A DNA stretch of 63,535 bases, the filler included, from Octopus bimaculoides (Eukaryota): assembly GCF_001194135.2 (NCBI RefSeq). It is 7 parts of 7 records of this genome, joined end to end, with 100 filler letters (N's around TTAATTAATTAA, not from the genome) between each part and the next. Parts side by side here need not be neighbours in the genome. Positions count along the whole stretch, not along the records: positions 20,110 to 41,033 come from NC_068988.1; 6 more parts are not named here. One strand, 5' to 3'. The notes below the pieces were generated by a model. That model made no database searches and was not told where the DNA came from. It was given only the letters and a program-made list of their open reading frames with translations. Made by a program: the position numbers and the translations under genes. This document shows, one piece after another, positions 22,012 through 36,451 of this stretch (its first letter is position 1; each line of letters begins with the position of its first letter).

Positions 22012-24353
22012 CTGGAGAAAAGAATATGCATTTATTTTATTCACTACATCTTCATGCGAATCAAATCAATTCCATCACTGTTAGGCTTTATGCAAATTTT
22101 CTATCGGGCGATCTTATGGAAGTGAACTACCGTTCTGACCGGGTCGTGTCAGCAGCCTCGGTCTAAATATCAATAATTGTTAATTACAAATAAAATCAAT
22201 ACTATTCCAGAATGCCCTAAAATATATAATGTCGATGCTGTAAAGAATATGTCAATATATGCACTATTAGCTCCTGGTGTATATTTCTAATTGGTACCGA
22301 TATACTTTACAGGTTATGAGAGTTGAATAATATTAATCACTTCCTTTGTCGTACCTGCTGTCTGAAAATAAAAAAAAGAAGTGTTTGATGATCCAGTCCA
22401 TGTAATTATTATATACTTAGCACATGTATCATTGCATTTATATTTCAACTCCATGAGTTTAAATGTGTTCGTTTGCCGAAAGGAAAAAAAAAAAGAATTT
22501 AATTTTTCGTGACTGAGCCTTCGTTTGAGAGGAAATAGATTTTTTTCAACTGAAAATTTTGTGTTTCCAGTTGGAATTTTTCTTTCATCTTAGAACGAAT
22601 ATCAGTCGCTAAATGTCAGGTTCCTATTCTATCCATGAAATTTAGTGAACACTTTTCATCACATACCACTACTATGACCATGTACTCCACTACGACTACT
22701 GCTATTACCTCTTTCCAGATTGTGGTTAGCTTGTGTATATTCAGTATTCATTTAGCTATAATTTTATTTTCCAATGATTTCTCGTCTTTGAAAGTAAACA
22801 AGACATAGGTCATATCGTACCTGTGAGGAATATACACATATATCAATTTATGTTGTTGCTATATTTGTTGTTGAACAAGTTTTACTATAACATCCAAAAA
22901 TAAGATTTCATAACACCATAATAACTACCAGTGTTATATAACACAAAAAACTACATACAAAATATCTAAAATAGAAATATTTCTCTGTTTATATATATAT
23001 ATATATATATATATNNNNNNNNNNNNNNNNNNNNNNNNNNNNNNNNNNNNNNNNNNNNNNNNNNNNNNNNNNNNNNNNNNNNNNNNNNNNNNNNNNNNNN
23101 NNNNNNNNNNNNNNNNNNNNNNNNNNNNNNNNNNNNNNNNNNNNNNNNNNNNNNNNNNNNNNNNNNNNNNNNNNNNNNNNNNNNNNNNNNNNNNNNNNNN
23201 NNNNNNNNNNNNNNNNNNNNNNNNNNNNNNNNNNNNNNNNNNNNNNNNNNNNNNNNNNNNNNNNNNNNNNNNNNNNNNNNNNNNNNNNNNNNNNNNNNNN
23301 NNNNNNNNNNNNNNNNNNCACACACACACACACGCACACACACACTACAATCCATCTATTTGTTAACAAACCCCACAAAAGCGCCTTGTCGTTTCGGCAG
23401 TTAACGTCATGAACTTTGCAAAGAAAAAAACGAAACAACTTCGATATATCTAATATATAGATATGAGCATTCATATATTAGCAAAGATGATGTTCGAAAG
23501 GCTTAATATTCATACAGCTGAGTGTTTGTGTATTTTATTTTTATTATGTTTATTGTTAAGAAACTTTCATGTTACTCCTCGAATTGAGGATTGTTAAGTG
23601 CAGCAAATTTACATAAAATAATAATACTTTTACTTTACATAAAAACATTGTTGAAATATCAAATTTCATCATACGTTGAACTTCGTAACAGATTATAAAT
23701 TCAATTCTTTTAAAGTAGAACATTTAATTAAAACACTTTATATTTCATAATCGCATTTATAGTTAATGCATTTCTGTTCATATTTTCGCATTTTCTTTCA
23801 TCCGAAATTTTTTCACAAATCAATATTTGAAGAGCTTACGCTTGGAATACCCACCATACTATTTTTGGATAAAGATTACATCGAAGATCACATGAAGATT
23901 GTGATTTCTTTGCGTATATTTATTATTTATTTCTACATGTTTTTTTCCTTTTTAAATTTCAATGATTTTCTTGTCTCTTGCAGTAAACAAGAAATAAGCT
24001 ATGTTATAGTTGCGGGAAATATACAGACAAAATTTTATTTTATTACTGTTGTTGTTGTTGCGGGTACTTTTAAAACATAAAAAAAGAGAAATTTGTAAGT
24101 GAAAATTTTTTTAGAAACTAGCAATACTGTGTTTTAGAAAAATGTCCGATGGACTAAAAAAGTAAAAGAAGAAAAGTGTAAAACGCTTTAAAAAAGTTTA
24201 GAATAGCAACAAAATGGACAGTCAGTAGGTATTAATGACTAGGTAGCGATTAGGTAAAAACTGAACATATAAGCAATAGATCTTATTTATAAATTTAGCA
24301 GAAGTCTAAATCGTATACTGGATATTCATAAAATAACGTCAACTATAGGTACA

Positions 24354-24463
24354 TTCTTCTTCTTCTTCTTCTTCTTCTTCTTCTTCTTCTTCTTCTTCTT
24401 CTTCTTCTTCTTCTTCTTCTTCTTCTTCTTCTTCTTCTTCTTCTTCTTCTTTTTCTTCTTCTT
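24354..24463. repeat. (TTC)n microsatellite
   Basis: About 36 TTC units directly abutting the R4/Dong-like fragment. Confidence 0.95.
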
Positions 24464-26075
24464 GAAGACCAGTATAACATTGAAAAATGAAACACAAACC
24501 ATTGAAACCTACCCTATAGCCATGCGACGGGATTTTCCAGAGAGACTCGCTGTAACCTATGTTTTTCTACCTTTCTTTGACCCCACTAACAAGCTTGTTA
24601 AATGAAATCACTATGGGTTGTAGATGCTATGGACAAGCAATAGACTATCTTCCGTACATGGAAGACTTAACAAAATTTACTGAAGATGCTACAGAACAGA
24701 AAAACCTTCAAAAATTGTCCATAGTTTCAGCAAGTATATCGGGATGAGCATGAGGCTGGAAAACTGTGCCAAAACGACACTGAGATGAAGCAACTTAATC
24801 AGCACCGAAAACACAGAACTCCACACACACAGAAATCAGAGTATTAGACCACAATTGTGCATACAAATATCTGGGAATAGACGAAGCAGCTAAAATACAA
24901 CACACAAAAATGAAAGGAAAAATTGAGAGAGAGTATTAAATAAGTGTTAGATTGATATTAAATATTGAATCTAATGCTAAAAATAAGATACTAGGGATAA
25001 ACACGCTAGCTATACCAGTCAGAAAATTACAGCTTTGACACAATGAACCAGAAAATTAGTGAATTGAGAAACTTAGACCGGAAAAAACAGAAATCTATTA
25101 ATAGTATACCGAAGTCACCACCCCAAAGCAGACGCAGACAAAATATATCTACCTTGCTCAGAAGGAGGGCGTGGTCTGATACAGACAGAGAACTACTATA
25201 AAATAACAGCATTGAGACTAGAAAAGTAATTAGAAACAAAAAGTGGAAGACTACAACATGTAAGAGGAAGGGGACAGCATACAAAACAGAAACAAACTAC
25301 ACTGATATACTGACTTCAAATGACAACATAGCAGAAATGACCAAAGAGACAAAAAAAGAAACAATACGAAAACAGAATTACAAAACATAGTAAAGAAGAA
25401 ATGCAGAAAAAATCACTCCTTGGCCAATATCCTGCAAGGTTTGACAAAGAAAAAGTGAAACTAAGTAAAACCAACAATGATTGGACTAAAAGTTGAAGCA
25501 GACCAATGTCTGACTATGCTCTACAAGATCAATGTCTGACTACGAACAACTTTAAAATAGTGAAAGCAGGCCCTAACACCAAATTCAGAATTTGCAACCA
25601 GCATGATGAAACAGTTGACCACATCAGCTCTAGCAGCCCAGTCTTTGCCAAATCTAAATATATATACTGATACGACTGCGTAAGCAATTATATCCATTGG
25701 ACCATATGGCAACGTTACAACATAAAAAGTGACAAGTGGTATAATTACGTGCCAAACAAGGTACAAGACAACGACCTGGCCACAATCATTTGGGATATGC
25801 CTGTTCAAACTGACAAAGAAATTAAAGCTAATCTCCCAGACATAATAATCAAGGATTGAAAAAAAACACAAAAAAACATTGCAGCCCCTTCTGAACAAAA
25901 TATTGTTCAAAGGGCAGTGGAATAATTGTCAATGAACAAAGACCTCAAAATTGAAATATTCTAGATGTAGGGCATGAAGATGAAAAACAATCAGTAATAA
26001 ATGGAGCACTGAGCATGATATAGAAACATATAATCAAAAAAAAAACAACTATATCTGGACGCTCACTGAGCAAGC
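24464..26075 (+). mobile_element. 5'-truncated, decayed R4/Dong-like non-LTR retrotransposon (RT, CCHC knuckle, restriction-like endonuclease)
   Basis: GIFQRDSL*PMFF (24529), YLPYMEDL (24655), M-RLENCAK, RICNQHDETVDHI (about 25590) and IIWDMPVQTDKEIKANLPDIIIKD (about 25790-25856), with multiple stops and frameshifts. Confidence 0.8.
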
Positions 26076-26079
26076 AACC

Positions 26080-28270
26080 TTGCTATCAGGACAAACCCAG
26101 GCCTCCTACTCTAATGTTCGTCATGTCCGCCTGAGAGAATCTAGAGAGAGGAAAACAGTGGGGTAACTTACGCTCTCGGTGGGCGGCCTTGCCTCCGAGT
26201 TTGGGAACACACTTACAAATCAGATCATGACATTTACATTTATGGTCCCTACATCGTAGGGGAAACCTCCATAATGTTTTTGTATGTATCAAATTTCATT
26301 TGCACTAACATTAAGACTTGTGGCACTTTAAAAGCGCTGATGTCATTAATTGCACCCCGTCTCTGTATATTTTTGATCCCTGCTACGAGGGTCATCAATT
26401 CATCGTTATCTCTCTTCACAAGCATCAAGCTTGGTATCTCTGTGTTTGAGAGTTGTATTCAGTTGTCCTTTTAATGCAAGGCGGGATTCTGATAGTGTTT
26501 GTGGTAATGTTGATGGTAGTGTTGGTTGTGTTAACGATTGTGGTACTGGCGAGGTTGGTGTTGCCCTTGATGTGTCTGCGCTTCTTGTAGTAGTGTTTCT
26601 TATGTATTCTAGTGTGTGTGATGGCGTGAGGTCAGGTGTTTATTTTGTGTGTCCCTTTTTGTTTCCTTTATTTTTGGTGCTCTCCATTGTCTTCACTTCG
26701 GAATGTGGAAGAACCAGTATTTAGAATTTGCTTCAAGTGTCAGAATATGAATGTGTTTGTGTGAGTGTCATTGCGTGAGTGTACGTTTGTGTTTGTGAGA
26801 GGGAAAGGGAAAAATGATTTAAGAATCGCTTAAGATGATTCTCTCCATTATTTTCCTTGTTGCTGCCGGCAGAGATCAGAGCTACTTTCATTGTTATCGT
26901 CATATCTGACGGTCGTATTGGTTTCGCAGAAACTGGTCAATGGTGTAATTGGTGTAATTGGAGTTGCTCTTGCGGTTCCATGTGACGGTATTTTAAGTGT
27001 TCCACATGTCTTTGTTGTTACTGTTGAAGTTGGGGTCGTAAGTGTGGCATATTATCTTTATTATTGCTGTTATTGAGGATGCAGTGTAGGTAGTAGGAGT
27101 GGCCTCGTGATTCTATATTTTCGGAGAGGGCTCTAAGGTGGCTTTTGCCCCAACACAGATCGCATTTAGTATTTCTGTCTTCTCGACAACATGCAATTCG
27201 ACCCCGCTGGGCAGTTGTAATGATCCAGTATCTTTTTTTTATGTATCGGGTTTCTCATGATGCAAGATCTCTATGTTTTACTCGGACCAGATCTATCTTC
27301 TGCTTTGTTTAACTCTTGGAAGTGGTTCCGGATCTTCTAATACTACGCCAGTACGATCCACCAGATATTCACGGTAGATAGAACATCCGATATACTTAGC
27401 CTGGCACTTCTGCTCCAAAATCCTTAGCCTGGCAGTTCTCTTCCAAAATTATGTCGGATAGAGGACACACTCGACACTCCAACGAGATCTCACTGAATAT
27501 TTATGTTCACACGAGGTCCTCACATTTGAAGAAGACCTCGATGCCGTCTTTCTCTTTTTGCATGTGGGTCATATCTTCCATAATATCCTTCAGAGCGTTC
27601 TCCATTTGAATGATTGTAGCCGGTTCGGCTCGCCTGATCTTTCGTGAGACACATCTGTAATGAACTGTTCTCTTTTCGCATTCTTCCATGATTCCAGGAG
27701 ACACAAGTACTGTTGCCTTCCCCATTCATATTTGAGAATTTTTTTAGTTTCAGCGGAAACATTAATCTTTTTGCATTTGCCACGTCGAAGAAGAGTTTTG
27801 GTTAGTTGCTGTTGTTGTGTTGTTGTCGCCTTTGTTAAGTTTTTTTTCCTGCTTGTTTTATTGCTGCTGTTGTTCTCTGGTGTCGTTGTTCATATTGTCC
27901 TCTGCGTTGCTTTTATTGTTCACCGTTTTCCTGTTTTTCTTTCAATGATATTGTTGTTGTGGCTGTGGCGTTGACGCTAATGAGATTTTTTGTAGCGGTG
28001 GTATGACTGCCAGTGTTGGCGCTGTTTTAACTTCACGCTGCTACTGGTGATGGTGGTGCTGATGATGGTGCCGCTGCTGATTTTTCCTGTGATGTTCAAT
28101 GTTCTCGTGCTTCTACAGTGCTCAGCTTGTTGTTTACACAGCAACCGCGGTCAACCTCTTCTGGGCGAATTTAGGGTAATCTACTGGGTTTTCAAAACCC
28201 AATAACCTGGTGCCATTTCTTTTGAAAATTGCTTACTCTCGCCTGTACTTTGACTACATTATGATTTCAA
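26080..28270 (-). mobile_element. Degenerate L1/Tx1-type ORF1-like remnants, possibly more than one copy
   Basis: Minus-strand KRTVHYRC…IENAL-like segment (27507-27725), GRPP/EARPP and CKQQ..H zinc-knuckle-like remnants, and Thr/Asn/Gln-rich spacers. Heavily broken. Confidence 0.35.
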
Positions 28271-30017
28271 AGACTGCTTAGCTTCAGCGACCGCATTTAT
28301 TTATGTAAGTATTTTGTTTTCCAAAACGTTCTTATTTGTTGTATAACGCTATGTGTTCTGTTTATTATTTTTTTTTTTTTCGCTACATTAATTTCATTTT
28401 TCGTTTGTTAAAACACTGACAAAATGCTTTGATATTTGACTAAAATACTTTATTCCCCTTGAAAATGTTTTTTTTTCTTTTGAGGGGAACAATGACTACT
28501 GTATTTGAATAACCAAGTTAGATATATTATGCTGGTAAGAATCGCAACAGACATTTTTCATAAAATTATGGACTCCAAGAAAATATTTCTTACTATAACT
28601 CGAACACAATTATTACCACTAAGGTTTTATTATGATATAGGAAAATATAATAATTGTTGATAATGTTTTGAAATACAGCAAATGTGTTCTGATATCTGAT
28701 AACAATGTACACAGAGTCTAAAGAGAAATAGAATGACAGTACAATTTAGAGATTCTATCAAATTGCTAGAGTTATGTTGGTAAATTATTTTAATTTCAGA
28801 TGGTTTAAGAGAATGAATATTATAATGGATATGACTTCAAAACTCGGAATACAAAAACATGCCTAATGCTGCTTTTCCTAGTGGGTACTAAAATCGTATG
28901 TAGGGGTAGAACTAATTACTTGTACAGGGCGTGACCGTAAATTGCATGAGAAAGGTATCCAGGAAATATTTTTTTCTGTTTATACAATACACTAATTGCA
29001 AACGAAATGCTTATATACAAAGAATTATTTCTTCTTCAGCCCTAAAATATGTGAAGTAAAAACAGTGTCAGAGCAATGAATGTGATGTAAATTATGCTAA
29101 CATGGTATTTCTGAATAAATTATTTTGGTATGGTAACGAAATCAAGAAGTCTTATAGTTAAGAAAGAATTACTCCGTCGTATACTAATGTCTTTCCTGAG
29201 AACGGAACTACAGTAAATTGAATGTAATAGTCCAAACCTAGAAGAAAAAGTATTTTACTGAATATAAACAAACGCTTGCAAGGTTTATTATTTCTTGTTT
29301 ATTTCCATGCATAAATATATTGTTTTTTGCAGTTTGTCAATCATAACTTATATCGTATCGATTCTCAACGTATTGATTTGCGGGTAAAAGTTTTTTTCCT
29401 TGGTTGTAGTGGCAGTCATAGTGATGCTGCTGATTGGAGGTGGAGATGTGTATCTAGAGGCAAGCAAGGAAATCTTGCTTAATTGCTTGTAGCAATTATG
29501 GCTGTTTCTAAATAAAATTATAAACATAATCTATTTATATAGGCATTTCCCTCTTTGCTTCCCATACCATTGCAAACCATGACTTGAAAGCCTAATATTT
29601 CTCTTTGATCTCATCGCCCATGTTATATTAATCGATCAATCAACACCAATAAATTGTGCAATATTTTGCGTTGTGACGTGGGTAAGGGAATGGAAAGTAC
29701 AAAATTAATATAAAAACTCAAAATGTATATACACACACATTGAAAGTTGAAAGAATGTACACACAAAAAATGAATACATACATAACGACACAAACAAACA
29801 TAGGAAATAGTAAAAAAGAAATAAAATGAGGTAGCAGTTTTTAGATAAACTTTGTATAAAAGACACGTTTTACTGCATAGGCTTAAACATTTCCGTTACT
29901 AGAAACCAAAACTACTTCATGTATAAAAGTACGCAGTGATCTTCTTCATATATATATATATATATATATACATATTCATACATCCATCCATGCATACAGA
30001 CACACACACATACACAC

Positions 30018-30125
<108 letters not shown>

Positions 30126-30838
30126 GAGGAAAATAAGTCAAGGTAGAAAATGCTAATATAATTTTATCATTAAAAACACTTTAGCACCGGTTTCAGTCAT
30201 TGAGACCTTTTCAACTCTAAGTATGGAAAACAATTAAATTGTGGAAAAATTAAATGAAGAGCTTTTTAAAAGAATATTCCATAGTATTCAAATACAAGGG
30301 GCATTTTCCTTGTTTCTGCCTGTCTCTGTCTCTTTTTTTTTTACTCTTGTGTGTTCGAGGGAGTTGCGTAAACACAGAGAGATAGAAACAAGCAGAAACA
30401 ATGTACGTATCTTAACTTATAATGAATATCAAATATATATTTTGTTTTAACAATAAATAAATAAATAATCGAACATTTAGCAAAATTACTTAAAATAAAA
30501 CCATAATTTATCTTATCGAAGTATTTCCGTTAAACTCAAATTTATACGTAAAACATAGAAGTTAGCGTTTATAAGAAATATATCGTGTGAAAATATGGAG
30601 TAAATAAAAACTTATAGAATAAATAGATAGAAATATGTATTTAAGCTGTTAAAATGACAAAATGTATTTTAGCTGTGAGAAAAAGAAAAATTAACTGTAG
30701 TATAGCATTTACTGGAAAATTTAAAAGTCTAAACAATTCAAAACTAAAATGCGTAAAATACATAATATACATAAATTAAGCTAAATTTCTATAATATAAT
30801 CTATTTTCATTAATTTATATATTTATTTTTATGAAAAT

Positions 30839-31101
30839 CGGGATCTTTTTTAAAACGGGGGCCACATTTTTCGTTAACGAAATACTTTGAAACTTGGAAC
30901 ACTGGTAGAATGTGTCATATAAAACATCTTTTTCTCTTAGTCTTCTTAAAAAAAAAAAGAAATCCATAAGTTATTCCATGTTAAAGTTGTCGTATTTCTG
31001 TAATTTCAACCAATCACTGACGTCCATTTAGCCGATATACATTAAGTGCCGACTACATAAACAAACGATTCTGAAACAATTAACCCTAGCCCTAACCCTA
31101 A
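30839..31101. mobile_element. Dispersed 265-bp element ending in telomere-like TAACCC repeats (copy 1)
   Basis: Near-identical to 45706-45990: GGATCTTTTTTAAAACGGGGGCC…CCAATCACTGACGTCC…GAAACAATTAACCCTAGCCCTAACCCTAA. Confidence 0.85.
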
Positions 31102-31304
31102 TGCTTCATGTTTTTTTTTTTTACCAGGAAGGATGAAAGTAAAGTTGATTTCGACGGGAATTTGAACTGTAAGCATAAAGTGATGAAGAAAACATCAGTA
31201 ATATTTCGGACGTATCTATGACTCAATCAACAGACCTTCCTAATGGAATATTTATAGAATAATGTTCATACATAGGAGGTAAGGGACATAGCTCTAACCT
31301 TACT

Positions 31305-31748
31305 ACACATATGGGCTTCAAATTTTGTAACAAGGCTAGCAATTTCGCGGGTGGGGGGGATAAGTCAATTATATGGACCCCAGCGCTTACCCGGTACTAA
31401 TTTTATCGCCTCAGAAAGCATGTAAGGCAAAGTCGTCCTAGAGTGTAATTTGAATCCAGGAGGTAAAGGAAGACGAAATACCACTTACTATCTTGATCAG
31501 GACGCTAACGATTCTGCCTCCATTACATATAGATTCGGCGCAATGCCAGCAAGTTCTGTGGAAAGGGCGGGGGTAGTGGCGATTACATCGACCCCAGTGC
31601 TCGACTAATACTTATTTTGTCGATCTCGAAAGGAGGAAAGGCAAAAGGCTAAGCTGACCTCGGTGGAATTTAAACTTAGAACGTAAAGACGGACGAAATG
31701 CCGCTTAGCATTATGACTGACAAGCAAACGATTCTTCAAGCTCACCGC
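31305..31748 (-). mobile_element. Two tandem family C SINE copies
   Basis: Each has CAAGGCTAGCAATTTCG…GACCCCAG…TACT(A/T)ATTTT…GAAAG…GGCAAAG…GAATTT…GACGAAAT…AACGATTCT. Confidence 0.75.
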
Positions 31749-32072
31749 GTTAACGTCATTAAACATATTAAAATGAGACTTGCTCAACCGGTAGTGAATA
31801 ACTGTGACATGAAAAATAGGATATTTGTATGTGTTAAACTATTTTCATTAAGAGATGTGTGAAAAATATGACGGAGACATACTCTGTTCGAAAGACAGTT
31901 AAAGATGACAATATATANNNNNNNNNNNNNNNNNNNNNNNNNNNNNNNNNNNNNNNNNNNNNNNNNNNNNNNNNNNNNNNNNNNNNNNNNNNNNNNNNNN
32001 NNNNNNNNNNNNNNNNNNNNNNNNNNNNNNNNNNNNNNNNNNNNNNNNNNNNNNNNNNNNNNNNNNNNNNNN

Positions 32073-32126
<54 letters not shown>

Positions 32127-32129
32127 CGT

Positions 32130-32510
32130 GTGGAGGCGCTATGGCCCTGTGGTTAGAGCAGCGGACTCGCATCGTAGGATCGCGGTTTCGTTTACCGGAC
32201 CGGGCGTAGCGAGTGTTTATTGTGCGAAAACACTTAAAGCTCCACGAGGATCCAGCAGGGGATTGTGGCGAACCCTGCTGTACCCTTTCACCACAATTTC
32301 TCTCACTCTTTCTTCCTGTTTCTGCCGTACCTGTATTTCGATGGGCCAACCTTGTCATACTCTGTGTGACTATGAATCTCTCCTAGAACTACGTTAAGAG
32401 TAGACGTGTCTGTGGAGTGCTCAGCCACTTGCACGTTAACTTAACGAGCAAGCTGTTCCATGGACCGGATCAACTGGAACCCTCGTCGCCGTAACCGACG
32501 GAGTACCAGG
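32130..32510 (+). mobile_element. tRNA-derived SINE (family D-type head, distinct body)
   Basis: Head GTGGAGGCGCTATGGCCCTGTGGTTAGAGCAGCGGACTCG…GGTTTCGTTTACC. Tail module shared with 10205-10510. Confidence 0.75.
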
Positions 32511-32768
32511 CGTGATATATATATGTATATATTTTGATAGCTATGAATATATTATGACGTGTTTCTTGCATGATTGAATTACAATTAAAGGTGGCAATAT
32601 ATTTAAAATATTGTATTGATAGTCGTGTAAATTGAGACATGTCGGCATACGTTATTTTTCACAGCTTTCATATAATTGTTGTACACAATATACAACCTTA
32701 TTCAATAAACGACTGACAAACACAGACATACACGCACACATACCTGTATATAAAACACAGTAGACCTT

Positions 32769-32799
<31 letters not shown>

Positions 32800-33925
32800 A
32801 ATAGACGTGTCAGTTGTTCTAGATGTTCTCTGTCACTAGTATATTTAAATATTATTCAAATATTACTTTGATTTTATTTGATACGAATTTAAACGATGCA
32901 CTACTTATAGTACCGAGATCAACTAAGCGCCTTTATTTCAATTAGCTCACTCCCCGGAACCGTCCAAGCATAAATTTTACAAAATCGAAGAAGAATTATA
33001 AAATATTATTTTTTTCTTATTTAATTCACGCATTTTATATATTTTATATAAAATCGAACATTCTTATCCTATTCTCTCTCAGAATAATTTAAATAATTTA
33101 AATAATCACTTGTAGAATTTTACTCAATACGTAACACATACAATCAATACCCAGTTAAGCACAACTCCGTTATTTGCTCTGATTATTATGAATTTTGTAT
33201 TGCATCTACTTCAAATATTTTACATGAACTCATTTTTACTTGACTAGACAAACCTAAGTATTCAGTATTCGTCGTTGATTTTATGCCTTTGCTATTTTAA
33301 CGGATTCAAGTGAAGTCGTATTAAATATTTGACCTCTTTAATTTCACTTGAAATAAACTATCAGAACATCGTAATTAAATCGTAATTAAATATTTTTTCA
33401 GAAACGTGTAAATAGGGAAAGAAATAAATCATCATAACAACACTTTTTTACTGCTAGTCCCCTCCGGAGAAACAAACGTGTTCTATAAAATATGCTTAAT
33501 ATTATAAGAGGTATGCTTTATTTTTTTACAACATATTAAAATTCTTAATATTGATTTTCCGTCAGTGTAAAGTATGGTAGCTTCCAATGTGGGTTATTTT
33601 AAAACATTAATGCTTTTTTTAAAATATCCTTTGTGAAATACTCGTAACTTCTTCAATCCTTACATTTGAATCTTCCTCCTTGCTTCTTTTCATACATTTC
33701 TCCGAATATCTATACATTAAAAAATGTTTCTCAATGCGAAATTGTAGTTATGTCCTACAAGAAATTCATCTTTCTCATAAATTATGAATTTCAACATAGA
33801 TACATATATGCATACATATACGCCCATAAATGCGTAAATATATATNNNNNNNNNNNNNNNNNNNNNNNNNNNNNNNNNNNNNNNNNNNNNNNNNNNNNTA
33901 TATGTGTGTGTATGTGTGTGTGTGT

Positions 33926-33957
<32 letters not shown>

Positions 33958-36388
33958 ACATGGTAAATTGTACTTATTATTCTAAAGGTACTTTAAGCAA
34001 AAAAAAAAAGGACCATTTAGTAATACGCAATAAGGTGAGGCAATATTAAATGTAGAGTCAAATTTATTGTGTATTTCGTGACTAGAAGATGTTCAAAATT
34101 TAGCTAACGACTTAGTCAAGCGGGCCTTTTTACGTATGCTGTTAGTCGTGAAACTTGCACTCGTAGTCAACAGGAAATATATGTGTGTGTAGGAGTATAT
34201 TGTTTCATCCGCTCTGATGAACCATTTGCTGTTTTTTATGCCTATTAATCAAATTCTCTGATACATACTCTTGTAAGTGTTAGTTTCTTATTTGGTTTAG
34301 TTCTTGCTCTGGGGTTCTGTAAGATTTGTTTGACACCAGTGCTAAAGAGTTATTAGATGGACTATATGTTACGCTTTCTTACTAAAGCGCTTCTCTACCT
34401 ATGGATCATAGGCTATCGACGACTTTTCACCGCTGTTCTTGGCTCTGGTAGTCCATGCCCAGGAATTGTTGTTTTTTACTTGTCATCAATTCCCTGAAAT
34501 TTGTTTTCTTTTTCTAGTTAATTGTGTCGACCCGGCGCAATTTACATTCTAACTCTACTAAAAGTTAGTCCTCTAATTTTTTATCTTTCCTGCATGGGTG
34601 GTCTTACCAGATGTTTGAACTCTGATGGCAAAACTCTGAGAGTTGTTGATGTACACAAGCTGTCACCTCACTACCAGGACTAGACCTTATGGGTGAATGT
34701 TTTATGCTATGAGAATAGCTTACCTTATGGATCGATTTATATTCCTAGCTGCTTCTGCTATTACTAACACATTTGTTGTGTATACTTCTTGAGGAAATGA
34801 TAGAAACAATAAACAAGAAAAATACGAGAAAAATCGTTAAAAAACACTTTTACGAGAAATGGGAATAAACGTTATGCTCCCGTAACCTGTTAAATGAAGA
34901 CTACTATTAATGATTTCATCTAACAATATGTATGCATCGTTGGGAGGTAGTTAAATGAGGAAATTCTGAAGTGTGTTGAATTGCTTATTTAATTATGTAA
35001 TGCAGTGGACATCTTCCTGTTGCATGCGAGAAACTCATGGAGATGAATGTATCTTGAAAATATTTCTCTTTTAAAAGGTCGGCACGGGTCTTCCATCGAA
35101 CAAGGATGTGTTCTTCATCTATCTATATGGAGCCAACGGTTTTTGACGTGTTAATTTATAACCTCCGTCTCACTACGATGCTTCACTTGATGATGTATGG
35201 TATACAGCTGTCTTTGAAATACCAGGTATGGCTTTCTAGCATTGCCATATTCTTTATGTCTATATAATTGAAAGAAACTGATGCCTGGCTGTCTCATTTT
35301 AAGCTCACTTTAGCACAGTGCAATAGACTTTTTGTTTTGGTTTATTGTGACTTACAATTGTAGAAGTTATTAATATACCTGGAGGATCCACATTCTACTT
35401 AAAAAATAGTTTGTAAAAAACAAACAAACAATAATCTCACATGTATTTCAGAAAACTTAATTCATGTCATGACATGCTGTATCTATGACGAGATTTATAT
35501 ATATTACTTACAAAACGCATGACTATTCACCAACAGCTAAAATATGATTCCACCATTACAAAGGTGCGCATTTTAATGGATGTAGTAGTTCTTGGTTAGC
35601 AAATTTAAACTCTTACTAACACATCACACTGTACGAAATATGAAAATATTAAAAAAAGAGAATCAATAAAGAAACATCTTTATCATAATATATAAAACGT
35701 GTTTAATTCGTCAATTAATCAAATCCATTTATATATCAAATCCATTTATACATATGTTTCAAATATATTTTCTCATATTTTGTGGAATATTTTAAATACA
35801 AAGTTTTAAATCCTAAATTAATTTTGTATGATAAGGTATATAATATTACTTCTCTTATTACATAATGAATGTAGTCGAACGACGTTAGCTCCAGGTGACA
35901 CACTAAATATTAAGTGAAGATTTGCAAAGCACAGATGCACACGTAAACTGCAATGAATATGAAAGCAATTTGTCATTTTGTACTTCAAAATATTCAATTA
36001 TGTATTTTTATAATTATGTACTTTGGAGTGTTTATAATGCATTTTGAAATGTTTAGAATATAAAAATTTACGTTCCAATAGGTAGTCTTGAAATGATTTG
36101 ATTGTTGTAATGTATTTTGGATATGATATGGTATTTTCGAATATTTAATAATGTATTTTGAAATAATTTGATTGCGATAATCTGTTTTGGAATACATATT
36201 ATTGTGTTCCGAAATAATTTGATTGAAATGATGTACTCTGGAACTAATTAAGTGAAATACAAAAACAATAGCGCCTTTTATTATTGTATTATTTCCTACA
36301 TTTTCCAGCTTATGTTGAATATTTTGAACATACATACACACATACATACGAACATACATACATCTATATCTAACTATCTATCTGTCTG

Positions 36389-36451
<63 letters not shown>

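Noticed and set aside
30185-30221. TTGAAAA-GGTC…GACT-GAAAC-CGGT on the minus strand
   Set aside because: The core is mutated at several positions and there is no stem I.
34200-35300. Possible ancient retroelement coding remnants
   Set aside because: No motif could be read with confidence in any frame.
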